A DNA stretch of 9,161 nt from a virus. Lineage: Duplodnaviria > Heunggongvirae > Uroviricota > Caudoviricetes. A program made the translations under genes and the position numbers. Numbering within the stretch: position 1 is the stretch's first letter; each line of letters begins with the position of its first letter. A model generated the notes under the pieces. That model did no database searches. It saw nothing but the letters and a program-made list of their open reading frames with translations, and was not told the DNA's origin. Where the stretch lies: the IMG/VR virus record IMGVR_UViG_2703718804_000005; one strand, 5' to 3'. This document shows positions 6,042 to 9,161 of this stretch, piece after piece.

Positions 6042-8627
6042 ATGGCAGTAAAGATTTCAGGCGTGCTGAAAGACGGTGCAGGTAAACCGGTACAGAACTG
6101 CACCATTCAGCTGAAAGCAAAACGTAACAGTACCACGGTGGTGGTGAACACGGTGGCCTCAGAAAATCCGGATGAAGCCGGGCGTTACAGTATGGACGTT
6201 GAGTACGGCCAGTACGGTGTCATCCTGCTGGTTGACGGTTTTCCGCCTTCACATGCCGGCACCATCACCGTGTATGAAGATTCTGAGCCGGGGACGCTGA
6301 ATGATTTTCTCGGTGCCATGACGGAGGATGATGCCCGTCCGGAGGCACTGCGCCGTTTTGAGCTGATGGTGGAAGAGGTGGCGCGTAACGCGTCCGCAGT
6401 GGCACAGAACACGGCAGCCGCGAAGAAGTCAGCCGGCGATGCCGGAACATCTGCCCGTGAGGCGGCAACCCATGCGACTGATGCTGCGGACTCAGCACGC
6501 GCCGCCAGCACGTCCGCCGGACAGGCTGCGACGTCAGCACAGGAAGCATCTTCCGGCGCAGAAACAGCCTCAGCAAAGGCCGCTGAGGCATCAAAAAGTG
6601 CTGCCGCTGCAGAGTCCTCAAAAAGCGCGGCGGCCACCAGTGCCGGTGCCGCGAAAACGTCAGAAACGAATGCGGCAGCGTCACAACAATCAGCCGCCAC
6701 GTCTGCATCCACCGCGACCTCGAAAGCGTCAGAAGCTGCCACGTCAGCCAGGGATGCGGCGGCCTCAAAAGAGGCGGCAAAATCATCAGAAACGAGCGCA
6801 GCCTCGAGCGCCGGTAGCGCAGCTTCCTCGGCAACGGCGGCAGGAAATTCCGCGAAGGCGGCAAAGACGTCTGAGACGAACGCCAGGTCTTCTGAAACGG
6901 CAGCGGAACAGAGTGCCTCCGCAGCAGCAGGCTCAGAAACTGCCGCTGCATCATCGTCCCGTGAGGCGTCAGTTAAAGCGGAGGAGGCCTCAGCCAGTGC
7001 CACCGCCGCCGGAAAATCGGCAGAAAGTGCCGCATTGTCCGCTTCAGCAGCCACAACGAAGGCTGGCGAAGCCACTGAACAGGCCACTGCAGCAGTGAGG
7101 TCTGCTTCCGCTGCGAGGACATCCGAGACGAACGCGAAAGCGTCGGAAACCCGTGCAGAATCTTCAGAAACGGCTGCCGTATCGTCCGCCAGTTCGGCGG
7201 CGTCATCAGCATCATCGGCGTCAGCTTCAAAAGATGAGGCGGCAAGGCTGGCGTCAGAGGCGCAGGGCAGTGCCACGACGGCATCCGCGAAGGCGACAGA
7301 GGCAGCTGGCAGTGCGACAGCGGCAGCACAGAGCAAAAGCACGGCAGAATCTGCGGCAACGCGCGCCGAGACTGCGGCAAAACGGGCGGAGGATATTGCA
7401 TCTGCCGTGGCGCTTGAGGATGCGAGCACGACGAAAAAGGGGATAGTCCAGCTCAGCAGTGCAACCAACAGTACATCTGAAACACTTGCCGCGACACCAA
7501 AGGCCGTAAAAGCCGCCTGTGAGAATGCTGAGAAACGACTGCAGAAAGATAAGAACGGTGCGGATGTCCCCGACAAAGACACCTTTACGAAAAATATTGG
7601 TGCCTGCCGTGCCTTCGGTGGGGCCGTAAGCACAACGACAGGAGACTGGACGACCGCACAGTTTATCGGGTGGCTGGATTCTCAGGGCGCATTTAACCAC
7701 CCATACTGGATGTGCAAGGGCTCCTGGTCTTACGGTAATAATAAAATCATCACGGATACGGGCTGCGGAAATATTCATCTCGCCGGCGCTGTCATTGAGG
7801 TGATGGGGATAAAGTCAGCGATGACGATCCGCATAACCACACCGACAACATCCAGCGGAAGTGGAACGGCGAATGCGCAGTTTACCTATATTAATCATGG
7901 TGATGGTTATTCCCCTGGCTGGCGTCGTGACTACAACACGAAAAACAAGCCACCGGCCTTTGCGCTGGGAAAAACCGGGGAAACGCTCGCCGATACAGAT
8001 GCCGTCGCCTGGAACCTGGACAGTGGCGCTTATTGTGCACAGGATGGTGGCGCATCATCCTTAATTCTTCATTTTAATACAGGGGAAGGCAGCTGCCCCG
8101 CGGTCCAGTTTCGGGTGAATTACCGGAATGGCGGGATATTTTACCGCTCCGCCCGTGATGGCTATGGCTTTGAGGCGGACTGGGAGCGTCTGTTCACGAC
8201 AACGGGCGGGACCCTGGAAGGTGCTGTGGGTATCGGTGCACAGAATACGCTGGGCGGCCATTCACTTGCGCTGGGGAGGGGCGACACAGGCCTGAAACAA
8301 AACGGCGACGGTAATCTTGATGTTTACGCCGGTAACGCACGTGTAATGCGCTTTACAAACGGCAGCATTCAGGTCAGTAAAGGGCTGAATGTGTCCGGGC
8401 GCGTTAATCCTTCCGATTACAGTAATTTTGATATCCGCTATGTCAGGGATATCCGGCTGGGCACGCGTGTTGTTCAGGGCATGCAAAAAGGCGTGACGTA
8501 TGAGAAATCCGGCCATGTCATTACGGGGCTTTGTCTTGTCGGGGATGCTGATGGCGATAACTCAGCGGTTTACCGGCCGGTGCAAAAATACATAAACGGC
8601 ACATGGTTTAACGTATCGCAGGTATAA
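6042..8627 (+). CDS. stf: Side tail fibre protein (Stf-like): conserved N-terminal tail-attachment region, Ala/Ser/Thr-rich shaft, divergent C-terminal distal domain
   Basis: 861-aa ORF. The N-terminus MAVKISGVLKDGAGKPVQNCTIQLKAKRNSTTVVVNTV...DGFPPSHAGTITVYED is lambda Stf-like from memory. The widely shared fibre junction motif GIVQLSSATNSTSETLAATPKAVK is encoded at 7440-7511. The gene sits downstream of J and is followed by tfa. Confidence 0.9.
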   Translation: MAVKISGVLKDGAGKPVQNCTIQLKAKRNSTTVVVNTVASENPDEAGRYSMDVEYGQYGVILLVDGFPPSHAGTITVYEDSEPGTLNDFLGAMTEDDARPEALRRFELMVEEVARNASAVAQNTAAAKKSAGDAGTSAREAATHATDAADSARAASTSAGQAATSAQEASSGAETASAKAAEASKSAAAAESSKSAAATSAGAAKTSETNAAASQQSAATSASTATSKASEAATSARDAAASKEAAKSSETSAASSAGSAASSATAAGNSAKAAKTSETNARSSETAAEQSASAAAGSETAAASSSREASVKAEEASASATAAGKSAESAALSASAATTKAGEATEQATAAVRSASAARTSETNAKASETRAESSETAAVSSASSAASSASSASASKDEAARLASEAQGSATTASAKATEAAGSATAAAQSKSTAESAATRAETAAKRAEDIASAVALEDASTTKKGIVQLSSATNSTSETLAATPKAVKAACENAEKRLQKDKNGADVPDKDTFTKNIGACRAFGGAVSTTTGDWTTAQFIGWLDSQGAFNHPYWMCKGSWSYGNNKIITDTGCGNIHLAGAVIEVMGIKSAMTIRITTPTTSSGSGTANAQFTYINHGDGYSPGWRRDYNTKNKPPAFALGKTGETLADTDAVAWNLDSGAYCAQDGGASSLILHFNTGEGSCPAVQFRVNYRNGGIFYRSARDGYGFEADWERLFTTTGGTLEGAVGIGAQNTLGGHSLALGRGDTGLKQNGDGNLDVYAGNARVMRFTNGSIQVSKGLNVSGRVNPSDYSNFDIRYVRDIRLGTRVVQGMQKGVTYEKSGHVITGLCLVGDADGDNSAVYRPVQKYINGTWFNVSQV
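6390..7440 (+). repeat. Low-complexity Ala/Ser/Thr-rich degenerate repeat region encoding the stf shaft
   Basis: About 350 codons dominated by GCN/TCN/ACN/GAR codons. The unit (A)-K/R-T-S-E-T-N-A recurs at 6651-6680, 6861-6887 and 7113-7136, spaced 210 and 252 nt apart (70 and 84 codons, both multiples of 7). The region is free of stops in all three forward frames and on the antisense strand. Confidence 0.6.
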
Positions 8628-8630
8628 GTA

Positions 8631-9161
8631 ATGCAGCACTTAAAAAATATTACAGCAGGTAATCCCAAAACCGTTGCTCAGTATCAACTGACAAAAAATT
8701 TTGATGTTATCTGGTTGTTTTCAGAGGACGGAAGAAACTGGTATGAAGAAGTGAGTAACTTTCAGAAAGACACAATAAAGATGGCTTACGATGAAAACAA
8801 TATTATCGTTGCCATCACCCGGGATGCCTCAACGCTTAATCCGGCGGGATTAAGTGTTGTTGAGGTGGCAGATATAACGGCGAACCGCCGTGCAGACGAT
8901 TCGGGGCAGTGGATGTATCTGGACGGTCAGGTGAGGAAACGCGAGTATTCGTCAGAGGAAGTCAACAGACAGACAGAGCAACGCAAGGCCACGCTGCTCA
9001 GTGAAGCAGATACCATCATCCGGCTTCTGGAGCGGTCGGTAAGGCTGAGTATGGCCACGGAAGAAGAGCGAACCCGGCTGTCGGCATGGGAGCGTTACAG
9101 CGTCCTGCTCAGCCGGGTGGATTCAGCGAACCCGGAATGGCCACAAAAGCCAGAGCAGTAA
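8631..9161 (+). CDS. tfa: Tail fibre assembly protein (Tfa-like chaperone)
   Basis: 176-aa ORF immediately after stf (3-nt gap), with AGGT 8 nt upstream of the ATG. The C-terminus [33 protein letters not shown] matches the conserved Tfa C-terminal motif as I remember it from lambda Tfa (of the form LEAWKKYRVLLNRVD...EWP). The stop codon TAA is the last three bases of the window. Confidence 0.85.
   Translation: MQHLKNITAGNPKTVAQYQLTKNFDVIWLFSEDGRNWYEEVSNFQKDTIKMAYDENNIIVAITRDASTLNPAGLSVVEVADITANRRADDSGQWMYLDGQVRKREYSSEEVNRQTEQRKATLLSEADTIIRLLERSVRLSMATEEERTRLSAWERYSVLLSRVDSANPEWPQKPEQ

Noticed and set aside
6185-7633. 482-aa Ala-rich ORF on the minus strand, plus alternate-frame ORFs 6439..7098 (+), 6265..6954 (-), 6973..7401 (-), 7153..7446 (+) and 7254..7778 (-)
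   Set aside because: All fall within the Ala/Ser/Thr-rich stf shaft, where GCN/TCN/ACN codon dominance removes stop codons from every frame. Their products are extreme low-complexity (poly-Ala, or Arg/Pro/Gln-rich) and nothing indicates independent translation.
7861-8516. Short ORFs overlapping the stf distal region (7861..8064 +, 8061..8261 -, 8262..8516 -)
   Set aside because: They are embedded in or antisense to the stf reading frame, which is continuous and intact through this region. No start-site context or motif supports them.
6042-9161. Diversity-generating retroelement or invertase shufflon acting on the fibre genes
   Set aside because: No reverse transcriptase or invertase gene, no second near-identical copy of any stf segment (template/variable repeat pair) and no recognisable 26-bp gix/hix-like crossover site are visible in the window. 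It cannot be excluded for sequence beyond 9161, but nothing here supports it.
1-9161. CRISPR arrays, tRNA or rRNA genes, IS elements or transposon ends, defence or toxin-antitoxin cargo
   Set aside because: No regularly spaced direct repeats, no cloverleaf-like or rRNA-like segments, no terminal inverted repeats flanking a transposase, and every substantial ORF is accounted for by a tail structural or assembly gene.

Overview
This 9.2-kb window is a contiguous, same-strand (+) block of lambda-like siphovirus tail-tip and tail-fibre genes, most likely from a phage or prophage of an enterobacterial host. In order it holds the 3' end of the tape-measure gene (H), then M, L, K, I, J (central tail fibre / host-specificity protein, 1159 aa), a strong intrinsic terminator, a full-length side tail fibre gene (stf, 861 aa) and a tail fibre assembly gene (tfa) that ends exactly at the window edge. 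Gene order, the 1-nt M/L overlap, the out-of-frame K/I overlap and the protein sequences are all typical of the lambda late tail operon. I could not find rRNA, tRNA, CRISPR, IS elements or any recognisable defence or novel multi-gene system; the honest reading is a canonical structural module. The points worth a second look are the host-range determinants: the J C-terminal region and the stf distal domain plus tfa look like exchanged, AT-richer modules. Others are the unresolved K start codon, the absence of a lom-type cargo gene between J and stf, and the periodic low-complexity shaft of stf. All long antisense and alternate-frame ORFs in the track look like compositional artefacts. Every call rests on reading the sequence and on remembered family features; no database search or computation was run.
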